64,000 bases of DNA from Mycobacteriales bacterium (GTDB lineage: Bacteria; Actinomycetota; Actinomycetes; JAFAQI01). Under the pieces are notes generated by a model. It was not told where the DNA came from, did not search any database, and saw only the letters and a program-made list of their open reading frames with translations. The translations under genes and the position numbers were made by a program. Shown here in pieces: positions 1 to 9,820 of the stretch (its first letter is position 1; each line of letters begins with the position of its first letter). The stretch lies in the NCBI GenBank assembly GCA_035545635.1, contig DASZXY010000011.1:133805-197804 (forward strand). Reading direction: 5' to 3'.

Positions 1-147
1 GCCGTCGGCGTCGATCGTCTCGTGGGCTTTGCCGCTGACGGTGCCGATCTCGACGATCCGGCCGTCCTGGATCGCGATGTCGGCTGCGTACGGCGCGGAC
101 CCCGTGCCGTCGACGATCGTGCCATCCTTGATTACGAGATCGAACAT
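1..147 (-). CDS. N-terminal fragment of an amidohydrolase-family enzyme (D-aminoacylase-like); runs off the left edge
   Basis: My reverse translation from ATG at 147 gives MFDLVIKDGTIVDGTGSAPYAADIAIQDGRIVEIGTVSGKAHETIDADG, a typical N-terminus of N-acyl-D-amino-acid deacylase-type amidohydrolases. It is too short in-window to appear in the ORF track. Confidence 0.55.
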   Translation of the reverse strand, partial: MFDLVIKDGTIVDGTGSAPYAADIAIQDGRIVEIGTVSGKAHETIDADG

Positions 148-319
148 GGAGGGAGCCCCCTGGCGACGGATGAGGGCGATCTTCGCACGGTCGCCGGCGC
201 GCCGCCATCGAGGGCGACTCCGATAGCGAGCTCGGGTGCTCGGTCCCAGCCGACTGGTTCGGTCGCCGGCACGGCGATAGGGTGGCCCGCACAGTTCGAC
301 TGGGCTGAGTTGGGTAGGC

Positions 320-1198
320 ATGCTGTTTTTCGCGTGGGATTCCACCAACACGGTCGGGCTCGCTCACGCCATTGCCTGGCCGGTCGTCGTTCTGATCCTC
401 ATTGCCACAGGCCTCTGGCTTGAGGCGCCGAAGCGCCTGCTTGTGTGGCTTCGGGCCGGAGGAGTGCGAAGCGTGGCGGCGTTCGGCGTCGAAGTCACCC
501 TGTCAGAGGAAACGGCAGAGAAGGACACCCACTCGTTCGAGTTGGTGCTCGATCGATACAGGACCCTGATCGACGAACGCTTTGAGCGCCTGATGGGTAG
601 GGAGCGGGCCACAGCGCTATGGGAGCGGGTGATCCGCGAAGGGGTGCTTCCGACCTTTGTAGGCGGCGTGCCGGAGGGATTTCGCTGTGCGCTGTATGTC
701 CCGGATCCGTTGTTGGGTGATCGCGTCCTGTACCAGCTTGCCGACTACTACCCCACGGGCGGCGGCCGCGGTCGGCGTCTGTCATGGCGTTTCGGGGCAG
801 TCGGCCTGGCTTGGCGTTTGGAACAGGATGACGTTTGGCCCGGCGTGGCGACGGAAGCGAGCGAGCTCGTAAAGAGATGGGGAATGTCGTACACGGAGGC
901 TGACACCGCGGGCCGCGGTCGTCGTGCGATCGGGTGTGTACTGCTGAGAGGTGTCGGAGCTACGGAATCGGGCGGTCCGATCGTTGGGCTCTTGTATATG
1001 GACAGCACGGAAGAGTCGGCGTTCGGCGAATCCGCCGATGATCCTGCTTGGAAGGTGCGCGCTGCTGCTATTCAAGAAAAGACTAGGGAGCTGAACTTTG
1101 TTGCAGTCTTAGATCGCGTGATGCAGGACATACGCGTCGTTACGCCCGAACTCAAGATCTCGCTGGAATCTGGGAGCGTTCACAATGCCATTCCATGA
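320..1198 (+). CDS. Membrane-anchored protein with a GAF-like C-terminal domain
   Basis: 292-aa ORF. N-terminal hydrophobic helix AIAWPVVVLILIATGLWL. The C-terminal region ends in a GAF-like pattern (AIGCVLLRG...GPIVGLLYMDSTEESAFG). It overlaps the next gene by 14 nt. Confidence 0.6.
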   Translation: MLFFAWDSTNTVGLAHAIAWPVVVLILIATGLWLEAPKRLLVWLRAGGVRSVAAFGVEVTLSEETAEKDTHSFELVLDRYRTLIDERFERLMGRERATALWERVIREGVLPTFVGGVPEGFRCALYVPDPLLGDRVLYQLADYYPTGGGRGRRLSWRFGAVGLAWRLEQDDVWPGVATEASELVKRWGMSYTEADTAGRGRRAIGCVLLRGVGATESGGPIVGLLYMDSTEESAFGESADDPAWKVRAAAIQEKTRELNFVAVLDRVMQDIRVVTPELKISLESGSVHNAIP

Positions 1199-1619
1199 GG
1201 CAGGATCCGCCGGCGGTGGCTGCCCGTCAACCTTGTCCGAACTTCAGGCGCTTGCTCGGGAGTTCGCATATGAGCGCGAATGGCAGCAGTACCATTCGCC
1301 GCGGAGTCTCGCCCTCGCGCTTGTCGGCGAGGTCGGGGAGTTGTCTGCGGAGTTTCAGTGGCTTAAGGACGAAGAGATCCTTGGCGGCTTCGCCTGCACG
1401 GACAACGGAACGCGCGTTCGGCACGAGTTGGGCGACGTTTTGTACTGCATGTTGCGCCTCGCAGACGTTCTCCAGGTGGATCTCGAGGATGTCTTTCGCG
1501 AGAAGCTCCGGATCATTGGAACTCAGTATCCCGTCGAGCTGGCGCGGGGCTCGAGGGAGAAGTGGAGCAGACGGCAACCACAGGGCGCGTCTCACCCCGA
1601 AGGCATGTGCGAGGCGTGA
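1185..1619 (+). CDS. MazG-like nucleoside-triphosphate pyrophosphohydrolase (DCTPP1-like all-alpha NTP-PPase)
   Basis: Motifs LALVGEVGELSAEFQW and ELGDVLYCMLRLAD match the EExxE/D metal-binding helices of MazG/dCTPase-type enzymes. The overlap with the upstream ORF suggests translational coupling. Confidence 0.8.
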   Translation: MPFHEAGSAGGGCPSTLSELQALAREFAYEREWQQYHSPRSLALALVGEVGELSAEFQWLKDEEILGGFACTDNGTRVRHELGDVLYCMLRLADVLQVDLEDVFREKLRIIGTQYPVELARGSREKWSRRQPQGASHPEGMCEA

Positions 1620-1797
1620 GTTACCTCTTGTGACGGGCCTGGTTCGCGGGTAGGCGCCCGTTCGTCTAGGACAGGCGGGACTCTCTACCGGCGACGGCAC
1701 CAAGCTGCTACCTTGCCGGAGCGGTACTTCCCTGTTATGCCTAGGCCGGTTGTCGGCCCGCTGACACGCGCGTAGGAACGTTAGCTGGTGCCAGTGC

Positions 1798-2700
1798 TTG
1801 GAGGCCGCGTTGTCTGCTCGCAGGCCGATATCGAGGTCCGAGGCGGCCTCGAACGACATGTGGGACGGTTGGCAGTCGACTGACGGGTGGCAGGCTCTCG
1901 CCGCGCTGATCAGGGGCCGCCTGCGTGGCGTTGACGAGCCTCTGGAGTCGGCCCTGTCGTACCGGCTAATTCCTGCTGCTGACACAGCAGGCCGTCTCCG
2001 GTGGGGATCGGCATTCGCGCCCCTCACTGTGTCAGGCGGCAAGCCATGGCCGACGCCAGTGCCCCTGCTGTCAGACCTCGACTCCTTGGCCTGGGCACGG
2101 CTAGTTCGCACCGATCTGCCGCTCCCCGTCCGGGCTCGGATCCGTGATCTACAACTCCTTCACGATCACCGCGCCGGGGGCAGCCACCTGCGTCGCGAGG
2201 TCGTGGAGTTGTACGTCTCTGTTTGGGAGTCGGAATGGTTGCTTCCGGGGAGATTGGCAAGCCTGGCGCGTGCCCTCGAGTTAGCGGCCACCTCGCTTGG
2301 TGATGAATTGCTCCGCGTCTTTCACCGCGTCGTTGACGCTTGGGGAGAGCTCGGTGCGATGCCTGAGGGAACTCGGCCGTCGGCTGCCGTTCAGAGGGCT
2401 TGGGTGGTATTACTCGAGGCTATCGCCGCTGTGGCGAGCCAGGAAGCTGACGAGTCGATGATGCCGCGGGCGATTCTGAGGACTGTCCCGTCGAACGCGC
2501 CATTGGTGTATGACGCGTGGTGTCGACTCGGAGAAGGGCTCCGTACGCGGGGGATCTCGCAAGACTTCGACCGCGCCCGCCGCGACCTGTGGTTTGAGCT
2601 CATCGAAGGGGCCAGGCACCTCGATCGCGAAGCAGAGTCGGATATCGCTGAGTTAGCCGCCGCCGATCCGAATTTTCTATTGAGCTTGGTGATCACCTAG
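1798..2700 (+). CDS. Hypothetical helical protein (start uncertain: TTG 1798 or ATG 1858)
   Basis: 300-aa ORF with no family recognised. Leu/Ala/Arg-rich helical sequence. Convergent with the adenylate-kinase-like gene (6 nt apart). Confidence 0.45.
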   Translation: MEAALSARRPISRSEAASNDMWDGWQSTDGWQALAALIRGRLRGVDEPLESALSYRLIPAADTAGRLRWGSAFAPLTVSGGKPWPTPVPLLSDLDSLAWARLVRTDLPLPVRARIRDLQLLHDHRAGGSHLRREVVELYVSVWESEWLLPGRLASLARALELAATSLGDELLRVFHRVVDAWGELGAMPEGTRPSAAVQRAWVVLLEAIAAVASQEADESMMPRAILRTVPSNAPLVYDAWCRLGEGLRTRGISQDFDRARRDLWFELIEGARHLDREAESDIAELAAADPNFLLSLVIT

Positions 2701-2705
2701 TAGGT

Positions 2706-3422
2706 CTAGATCTCGCCGAAAAGGCTAATTTGAGCGACGTGGCCGCGCTGAAGGCTTTCGTTGAGTTCGTGCCCGGCGCTTACGGCCGCTGCGATGCGCG
2801 CCTCTACAGCCGCCTCGCTTCCGACTCCATCAACCCGGCTCAACAGGCCTCGTTCCGTGTATGTCGACAGCACTTCACCCATGTTGACTTCGTAAGTGGC
2901 CAGGCGTGCTCGCAGCGCCGCAATGTTGTCGTCGGCCCGCCGGGTTAGTTCTCCGCCGCACTCGGCGCAGAGGTCTGTCAGGGCGGAGCGATTCTTCGGC
3001 GCCGTCTTGCCGCAGACCAAACACGAGACTCGTTCCTGTAGGCGAGTCGCGCAAGTTTCGATGTCGGCATCGATGTGGATGACTGCATCAACCCGTCGGC
3101 TCCCGAGCAGACCGTCTAGGCGCTCAACCTGCCAACGAAACCGTGGGTATCCATCCAGGATCAAACCGCGCGAGTGTTGTCGTGCCTCACGAAGGCCTTC
3201 AATCAGGATCGCTTCTGCGACCTCATCTGGGGCGTATTGACCAGGCGGCAGCCGAGCGAGAATCTCACCGAAGAGCGTCGACTTCAGGCTCTCGGCACGA
3301 AGCCGTTGGCCGAGATCGACGACTGGCACTGCCAGGCGCGCTGCGAGAAGCTCGGACTGTGTTCCCTTGCCAGCACCTGGGCGACCGGTAACCACAACGA
3401 TCGGTGAATCGCTCATCGGCAC
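2706..3422 (-). CDS. Adenylate kinase family protein with zinc-lid; extra paralog outside the ribosomal-protein cluster
   Basis: P-loop GRPGAGKGTQ, ILDGYPR motif, and lid CLVCG...CAECGGELTRRADD (CxxC...CxxC). It has about 35 extra C-terminal residues. Confidence 0.8.
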   Translation of the reverse strand: MPMSDSPIVVVTGRPGAGKGTQSELLAARLAVPVVDLGQRLRAESLKSTLFGEILARLPPGQYAPDEVAEAILIEGLREARQHSRGLILDGYPRFRWQVERLDGLLGSRRVDAVIHIDADIETCATRLQERVSCLVCGKTAPKNRSALTDLCAECGGELTRRADDNIAALRARLATYEVNMGEVLSTYTERGLLSRVDGVGSEAAVEARIAAAVSAGHELNESLQRGHVAQISLFGEI

Positions 3423-3461
3423 CGCCTAATCGTGGGCCGAAAGCGTAGCGCGAGATGCCGG

Positions 3462-4181
3462 TTACGTGTGGTGGATCCCGATTCGATAGCCAACCACGAG
3501 TGCTTCGCTATCGCTGAGAACCTGGCTCACCTTGCGTGGTATTGGCCTGGCGCGCCGCGCGGGAACTTCGACGATCTCGGTTATCCGCAGTCCAGCGGCC
3601 GCCACCAGGCGAGCCTGCGCTTCCGCGGGCAAGACGATCGATTTCAGATACTCGATGCTTCCATCGATGAGCTCGAAGCGGGCGGCTTGGGCGGGTTCGT
3701 GGCTCAGCGCTCGCCAGCGGCTAGCCCAAATGAAGGAGGGCGTGGTCCAGATGACCTCTCCGTCTGGCGCCAGGCAACGAGCACACTCGCGCCAAAAGTC
3801 GGACGTGTTGTACGGGTCGCCGAGGCCCGACAAGATCACATCGACCGAGCCGTCGCGAATGGGCATTGCCTCACCGCTAAAGACGGCGCGACTCTGACTG
3901 GGCGGACCTGGGCGAATACATCTCACCATGGCTTCACTTACGTCGGCTGCGAGGTAGGACCGCACCTGCTCACGCCATGGCTTGGGGAGGGAACCTCGGC
4001 CTGCGCCGATCTCAAGCACGCGGCCTTCTGGCCGTGGATCACCCAGAAGAGTTTGGAGCGCCCAGTCGCTAGCACGGCCTAGAGCCGCGCTCGTTGGATG
4101 TCGTCGAGTGTTGTAGTACTCCGAGGCGACTGGCTCGTAGCCGCGGGTCGAGTCCGCACCGCGACGGGTAACGCGCGTCAT
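3462..4181 (-). CDS. Class I SAM-dependent methyltransferase
   Basis: Motif I VLEIGAGRGS, followed by DVSEAM and a LAPDGEV post-II region. The ORF extends to 4271, but ATG at 4181 (MTRVTRRG...) is the likelier start. It lies 39 nt upstream of the kinase gene on the same strand. Confidence 0.7.
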   Translation of the reverse strand: MTRVTRRGADSTRGYEPVASEYYNTRRHPTSAALGRASDWALQTLLGDPRPEGRVLEIGAGRGSLPKPWREQVRSYLAADVSEAMVRCIRPGPPSQSRAVFSGEAMPIRDGSVDVILSGLGDPYNTSDFWRECARCLAPDGEVIWTTPSFIWASRWRALSHEPAQAARFELIDGSIEYLKSIVLPAEAQARLVAAAGLRITEIVEVPARRARPIPRKVSQVLSDSEALVVGYRIGIHHT

Positions 4182-4412
4182 GGTCCTCACAGCAGAACGG
4201 TATCTCCGCGGGGCGTCAATTTCCTGACGGCGAGGGTGAGCGTGCGAGCGCTGCGCTGTCTCCGGCTTCATTCGCTAGTAGCGCTGGCGCGGGCGTTCCT
4301 GCCCCCCACGAGTCTTGTTGTGCGCCGCGAGTTAGGCGGCTCAGGCCCCGATTGCGCCGGCGATTCGGCTCTCACCAAGCCACTGACCGGTTCTCTGGCC
4401 CGCGGGTGTCGT

Positions 4413-4736
4413 TCATCGGTGGGATGTGGGCCGGAGCGCTCTCGGGACAACGATCCGTGTCAGCGCCGACCCCTGAACCGAGGTCTCGAACTTGCATTGC
4501 TCGGCAGCAATCCAAGCGAACTCCAGCTCCTGATACAGGTTCTTGACCGATTCGGCGGCTCGAGCGCCCCGTGATCGGCTGTTGACCCAGTTGACCTCAG
4601 ACCACCCCCCTCTCGGCGCCGACGCCAGCGATTGGCGAGCGGCTTGTGTGTGGCCTGAAGTAGGTGCCGCGGCACCGCACGGCCCGTAAGGATCGCCGAG
4701 GGGATTGTCATGGTCTTGGCGGCGGGCAAGACTCAT
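4413..4736 (-). CDS. Small hypothetical protein (107 aa), possibly translationally coupled to the PD-(D/E)XK gene
   Basis: ATG at 4736 overlaps the TGA stop of the upstream gene (ATGA, plus strand tcat at 4733-4736). The C-terminal part (AAESVKNLYQELEFAWIAAEQCKFE) looks protein-like. No family recognised. Confidence 0.3.
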   Translation of the reverse strand: MSLARRQDHDNPLGDPYGPCGAAAPTSGHTQAARQSLASAPRGGWSEVNWVNSRSRGARAAESVKNLYQELEFAWIAAEQCKFETSVQGSALTRIVVPRALRPTSHR

Positions 4737-5749
4737 ATCGGGTGCGCCAACGAATCTAGCGTGCCAGGCCGGGCTGGGCCGCTCTCCACCAGCCAGGCCC
4801 GGCATGCGCTCGTGTCGAGTGTGTAGCTGAGGTCTTGTACGCCGTCGGGTATCGCGCCGGCGAAGGATCGCGGAGTCAGCCTTGGAAAGGCCTCATCCAC
4901 GCGGTACAGGTGCTGGGTCACGACCCTGAGTCGATCGCTGTAGAGGCCGGCGTCCTTTGGCGTCCAGCCGTAGGCCGCCAGCCGGGAGTCCATCTCGTCG
5001 GGCAAGTTGCCACCCGAGTCGCTTGCCGCATTACGTGCACGCTCTATGAACGCGTCAAGGCTGTAGTGACCAAGGGGATCGGCCACAATCCGCAGCGAAA
5101 GCAGGTACAACTGCCCCTCGCCAGGCTCGTCGAGCTGGGCCAGTGATCCGATGCGGTGCACGACGGGTCCTGTTGCAACGCCGGTCGTCTTCACCTCGAC
5201 GGAAACCATCGGCGTAACGAAGTCGTGCCTACCGCCGAGCGGTCCGCGCCATGCCGCCACGGCGGAGCCGGTGAGCTCCGGCAGCCATTCGAGGAGGAGC
5301 CATAACTCTCCGAAGAGCCCCAGCACATCCTCGTATCGCATTGCGTCGTGTGCGGCGCCCCAGAACCGGCGCCAACGGTCGATGACACCCATCACGACCG
5401 TCGGGTCGCTCGATCTCGAGGCGGACAGCGCCTCGACGATCTCGACGCATAGTGAGCTAAATGCACGCGCGCCGCGCGGATCACTCAGTTCTACGTCGAG
5501 CCAGGAACCTTCGGTGTCACCGATCCTCATTCTCCTAGCGGCGACGCTGAGACCTCGCAGCGATTGGACTCGGATCAATGCGGGATCGCTCGCAATCTCT
5601 ACGAGGAGGTGTCGGCGCTGATCCGTGCCGATCGCAACGAGCACGCCGCCGCCTGCCCAATCAGCGAGGCGCTCAGCCTCTAACACGCTCCCAGCGGGAG
5701 ACGGGAGGCTTGTCCAGCGAGACTCGAGGTCGCTCGCGTCCGTGCTCAC
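4733..5749 (-). CDS. PD-(D/E)XK motif protein (restriction-endonuclease-fold)
   Basis: 338 aa. Candidate nuclease core GGRHDFVTPMVSVEVKTTG (D...ExK). It overlaps the upstream Z1 gene by 4 nt. This family typically accompanies Z1/GHKL genes. Confidence 0.75.
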   Translation of the reverse strand: MSTDASDLESRWTSLPSPAGSVLEAERLADWAGGGVLVAIGTDQRRHLLVEIASDPALIRVQSLRGLSVAARRMRIGDTEGSWLDVELSDPRGARAFSSLCVEIVEALSASRSSDPTVVMGVIDRWRRFWGAAHDAMRYEDVLGLFGELWLLLEWLPELTGSAVAAWRGPLGGRHDFVTPMVSVEVKTTGVATGPVVHRIGSLAQLDEPGEGQLYLLSLRIVADPLGHYSLDAFIERARNAASDSGGNLPDEMDSRLAAYGWTPKDAGLYSDRLRVVTQHLYRVDEAFPRLTPRSFAGAIPDGVQDLSYTLDTSACRAWLVESGPARPGTLDSLAHPI

Positions 5750-8466
5750 ACGTTCACGGCTCCAGCACTCCCCACGTAGAACCGCACTGTCGCCTCGCTG
5801 GTGCTATACGGGAGAACCGCCGCTAGTCCCACGACCGTCACTCCGTCACGGTCAGGGTCATCAAATAGGTTCTGGCCGTCGCCTCGAAGTGGGGTGCTGT
5901 ATCTACTAATCGGGTAGACGAGCAGGGCCCCTTCATCGGGGTGGCGCCGATGGCGCAGCGCGAGGGCGTAACTTACTTTCTGTTCCAGAGACCATTTACG
6001 CGCCCAGTCGACGTCGACGTCGGTAAGGCCGATCTCCTCGTCGCCGCCGCGGCTTCCGCGACTGACTGGATTTACAAGTGTCCCGATGCTGATCTCGGAC
6101 TGCGGCTCTCGGGAGCGGTTGATGCAATTGACCTCGGCCCATCCCGGAATATTGAGATTCTCGGTTCCCAATGAGTCGGCCTTCTGCTGACGCCCTCGGA
6201 CGCCGACATGCCACCGAGTGAGCTCCCGATGTTTGCTGGCCTGTGCATGGACGTATTCCAGCAGCTGCCCGCTGGAGAATCGCGTGCTCTCGTTGTGCGT
6301 CTTGTAGCGGCTGAGGAGTTCGGTTACGTGTCGCCAGTCCACGTCACGCCAGGTTGGGAGGCCGTCCTGACCCTCTACATTCGGCGCGCCGATCCGGGAC
6401 AGAAACTCGCGCGTATGGTCCAAATTCTCCTGGAGCCAGTCCTTGCGCCGAAGATAGAACAGCGTGGTCTGAATAAGCGAGCCGTTGTAGTCGGTCGTGA
6501 TCTCTCGACCGCTGCCCATCCTGTTCTTCGCGGTGATCTGCATTGTGGCGTGAGCCATGATGCGGGGCGCGAAGTCCCGGGGGGTCTTGTTGAGTGCTTC
6601 GTACAGGTAGATCTCGCGGCGGAGTGCCTCCTCGGCTGTAGCGAGGTCGCGGAATCGAACGCGTAGCTCCCCGGTTGTGTAGAGACGCGTGAGGTCCACG
6701 TAATCCTCGCGATAACCGAACCACCGGGCCATCTGTAGAAGAGTGTCGAAGTAGTTGGCGGGACGTATGTAGTAGCTGACTAACAGTCCTTCGACTGTCA
6801 GGCCACGCGAGAGCTTGTTCCCGCCGACCACGACCGCCCTCAGGTTCGGATGCTGTTCGTAGTCGAGTTCATCTCGGGTCCGTGTGTTCAGGCAGAGGAC
6901 TGGGACCTCACTACGGAAGATCCGCTGGATCGCGGGCTCGATATCGTCGAATGCGCGTAGGCGTTCGGGACCGATACGCTCGCTGACCGGAACGAACTCA
7001 CTCTCCCACCGCTCTTGGAAGCGCGGACGCGCCTGCTCGTTGTCGTATCGCCACTGTTGGCGGAGACTCGCGAGCGCCTTGCGTACCTCGTCAGCGATTG
7101 CCAACTGCTGATAGGTGTACGGACTGCCGTGGATAAGCATCGAGGAGGCCGGCTGTCCACCGACTCGCGTGTCACGGGCCGCCATTGCGAGGATGAAGTC
7201 GAGGAGTGCCGTCTCCATCGATCCGGGCAGCACACTGACGGGCGCCCCCTGCCGACCCGGATTGAGTAGGTCGGCGTCTGAGTCGCTCACCTCGCGGATG
7301 ACATCGAGTGGCTCGACGCCGGCGTCCTCCCCTGCGAGCTCGGCGCGGCCGAAGAGGCGCTCTGTCCCGACGTAACCGGGCGGTCTCGGAAGACTGACGA
7401 TGAAGTCAGCCGGGTAGAGGTCCGCTCCGACTTCCCGATCGAGAGCGTCCTTATCGATCAGCACATTCGCAAACGGTGTCGCGGTGTATCCGACGTACGC
7501 GACTCGGCGCATCCGGTCGAGAAGCCTGCGGATGAGGCCGTTGATAACGCTCGGGTCGGTTTCCTCCTCCTGCGCCTTTTGGCTGCTTGTTCCGTCGTCG
7601 ACGTCTTCATCGCTCAGATCGAGCAGCTCGGCGAGCGGCTCGGGTCTGTTACCACCGGTATTGATACTCGCCTGGTCAGCCTCATCGTCGATGACGAGGA
7701 CTGGAGGTGTGATGGGCTGGCGCTCTTCGAGCCATCGCACAAGTCGCCGGAGCACACTCGCGTTCTTCTTCACGACAAGGATGAGACGAACGTTTCCCTG
7801 AAGGAGCGCGGCGTCGACGGTGCCGGGGTGGAAGTCCTGCCATGTCTCAGCCCCTGTCATCGGGACGATGGTTTGTCCTTCGATTGGGAAGCCCACACCG
7901 GGGCGTCCTGGTGTGGGTGCGACCAAGCCGAGCTCGTCCTCTAGACGCAGCTGAGTCTGCCTTCGCAGGGAGTTATGAAGGCCGGAGAGCACGATGACAA
8001 TTCGAAACCCGGCGTCGTACGCCTTGGCGATGAGCGCACTGAAGTTCGCGGTCTTGCCGGATTGGACGTAGCCGACAACCAAGCCCTGAACCTTGGAGCT
8101 CGGCGGTCCCTCGGGCCGAGGGTCCTCGAGCATTGAGAGGATCTTGTCAGTGGTTAGGTCGAGCGATTCGATCACGCTCTCTGAGCGGCCCTTTTCGATC
8201 AGCAGAAAGTCGCGCAGACGTCCCCAGTGGTAGCCGTCAGCCGGGTCCCAATCTTCGAACCATGGACGCGGTCCGCCGTCTGAGAGCACGCCGACTGGTT
8301 CGATCTTGACGTGGTCCGATATCCAGCGCCCCTCGACCGCAGCGCGGTAGTCATCAGGTACGAGCGAGAGGGCTTGCTCAAATGTCATGGAGCCGCTCAT
8401 TCCGGCCCGAATGACCTTTAGCCAGGTTTCGATCTCGAGCTGCGAGAGCTCACCATCCGAGGTCAT
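5746..8466 (-). CDS. Z1-domain P-loop NTPase (SF2-helicase-related)
   Basis: Walker A GYVQSGKTANF and Walker B/DEAD-like VLVIDDEADQAS. The start is revised from 8676 to ATG 8466 (MTSDGELSQLE...), because the first 70 aa of the track ORF are Arg/Pro-rich and overlap the upstream gene. Confidence 0.8.
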   Translation of the reverse strand: MTSDGELSQLEIETWLKVIRAGMSGSMTFEQALSLVPDDYRAAVEGRWISDHVKIEPVGVLSDGGPRPWFEDWDPADGYHWGRLRDFLLIEKGRSESVIESLDLTTDKILSMLEDPRPEGPPSSKVQGLVVGYVQSGKTANFSALIAKAYDAGFRIVIVLSGLHNSLRRQTQLRLEDELGLVAPTPGRPGVGFPIEGQTIVPMTGAETWQDFHPGTVDAALLQGNVRLILVVKKNASVLRRLVRWLEERQPITPPVLVIDDEADQASINTGGNRPEPLAELLDLSDEDVDDGTSSQKAQEEETDPSVINGLIRRLLDRMRRVAYVGYTATPFANVLIDKDALDREVGADLYPADFIVSLPRPPGYVGTERLFGRAELAGEDAGVEPLDVIREVSDSDADLLNPGRQGAPVSVLPGSMETALLDFILAMAARDTRVGGQPASSMLIHGSPYTYQQLAIADEVRKALASLRQQWRYDNEQARPRFQERWESEFVPVSERIGPERLRAFDDIEPAIQRIFRSEVPVLCLNTRTRDELDYEQHPNLRAVVVGGNKLSRGLTVEGLLVSYYIRPANYFDTLLQMARWFGYREDYVDLTRLYTTGELRVRFRDLATAEEALRREIYLYEALNKTPRDFAPRIMAHATMQITAKNRMGSGREITTDYNGSLIQTTLFYLRRKDWLQENLDHTREFLSRIGAPNVEGQDGLPTWRDVDWRHVTELLSRYKTHNESTRFSSGQLLEYVHAQASKHRELTRWHVGVRGRQQKADSLGTENLNIPGWAEVNCINRSREPQSEISIGTLVNPVSRGSRGGDEEIGLTDVDVDWARKWSLEQKVSYALALRHRRHPDEGALLVYPISRYSTPLRGDGQNLFDDPDRDGVTVVGLAAVLPYSTSEATVRFYVGSAGAVNV

Positions 8467-9820
8467 ATGCCACCTGCGATTCGGACTTGGCGAGTTCCCC
8501 GCGAATCTGCTCGAGGGCCTTTTCCGCTCCAACGCGCTTCGCCGCCTTGACGATGGCGTCGCCGGTCTCTGGGTTTCGGGGGGCGGTTGAGCCGCGCGAC
8601 GTTGATGTGCCAGACCGGCCATTGGTTGGTGTCGGATCTGTTGCGGGCCTGGGCGGCGTGGCGGTCGACCCGCCACCGGACTTGCCTGGGCTGGGTGGTG
8701 CTGTCGGCGGTCGGTCTCGTCGCCCGCTTATGCGGTAGCGCTCATCCGCGCGTTTCGTAAGGAATGACACGAGCGGTTTGAGTTGCTCTCGCAAATCGTC
8801 GGGAAGCTTGACGCGCATCTTCGAGATGTTGATCTCGAACGCGTCGTCAAGGACGGGCCAGAACTCGAGTCCGGCTCGGGCGAGCTTGACGTGCTCGTCT
8901 ACCCCCCGCAGCCATGACCATCCGCCACTCTGGATCATGCGGTCAGCGCGGTAGATGTACAGGCCTTGCTGATTGTTCCATTGTCGGGGGCCGCTCGCTC
9001 GGCGCCAGGATTCGTCGTCGGAGAACTCCCTCTGGGGCGGCAAGACGTAGGGGCGCCACTTAACGATGCTGCCACCGACCGGGAGCTCGCGCTCCGGAAG
9101 GTGCTCGGTCCGTTCACTGGTACAGAACGGATCCCAAGGCTCGACCTTCGTGCCGTTGATCGTGATGACCAGCTTCCTGCGGCGCCGGGCCTGGCCTGTT
9201 AGAAACCGCTCGAAGACCATCCCGAGGTGAGAGTCGAGACGTTCGGCGAGGTTCAGGAGGTAGCGCTGTGCCCAGCCCCCGAATGGGTCTTTGCGGCTGA
9301 GCACTCGGTCGAGATTGGTCCATACGACGACAGTTCCGGTGGTGTCCCGGAGAGGGTCCACGGCCTCGGCGGGTCGATCTGCTGCGGCGGGATGGATGAC
9401 CTCCCACCGATCACGGGCAACCACGTCGTCGAGATCGAGTACGCGACAGTCGATAGTGCGGCGGTTGGAATCGCTGCGACTAGCGACGGTGATGTGGCGG
9501 GCCTGAGAGAGGCTCGCGGTCTTCAGGCCCAGCCCGAACTTTCCAAGATCGGAATCGTCGTATTGGCGCGTGCCACTTCCGAGGCGCATTGCCTCGCTGA
9601 TCATGCCGGTGGACATGCCCTCGCCGTCGTCGGCGATTCGGACCCACGAATCTTCGCCGTCGAACTTGATGGTGATATCCACTCGGCCAGCGTTGGCGGC
9701 GATCGAGTTGTCAATCAGGTCGGCGACCGCGTTAACGAAGTCATAACCGAGGTCGCGAAGAGACGAGAGCAGCCGAGCTGCGCTCGGGATCAGCTCCTCG
9801 CGTTGGACACGATTTGCCAT
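8450..9820 (-). CDS. GHKL-superfamily ATPase (HATPase_c_3, prokaryotic MORC-like)
   Basis: N-box AVADLIDNSIAA, G1 box IADDGEGM, G2 box GKFGLGLKTAS. It is the first gene of the minus-strand operon GHKL-Z1-PD(D/E)XK. Confidence 0.85.
   Translation of the reverse strand: MANRVQREELIPSAARLLSSLRDLGYDFVNAVADLIDNSIAANAGRVDITIKFDGEDSWVRIADDGEGMSTGMISEAMRLGSGTRQYDDSDLGKFGLGLKTASLSQARHITVASRSDSNRRTIDCRVLDLDDVVARDRWEVIHPAAADRPAEAVDPLRDTTGTVVVWTNLDRVLSRKDPFGGWAQRYLLNLAERLDSHLGMVFERFLTGQARRRRKLVITINGTKVEPWDPFCTSERTEHLPERELPVGGSIVKWRPYVLPPQREFSDDESWRRASGPRQWNNQQGLYIYRADRMIQSGGWSWLRGVDEHVKLARAGLEFWPVLDDAFEINISKMRVKLPDDLREQLKPLVSFLTKRADERYRISGRRDRPPTAPPSPGKSGGGSTATPPRPATDPTPTNGRSGTSTSRGSTAPRNPETGDAIVKAAKRVGAEKALEQIRGELAKSESQVAYDLGW

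Noticed and set aside
1620-1860. Possible ncRNA, riboswitch or tRNA in the 180-240-bp gap after the MazG-like gene
   Set aside because: I could see no cloverleaf, no conserved riboswitch core and no strong hairpin. It is most likely an ordinary intergenic region with an uncertain downstream start codon.
8467-8676. 70-aa N-terminal extension of the Z1 ORF
   Set aside because: It is Arg/Pro-rich and overlaps the 3' end of the GHKL gene in another frame. ATG 8466 gives a sensible 17-nt operon overlap.
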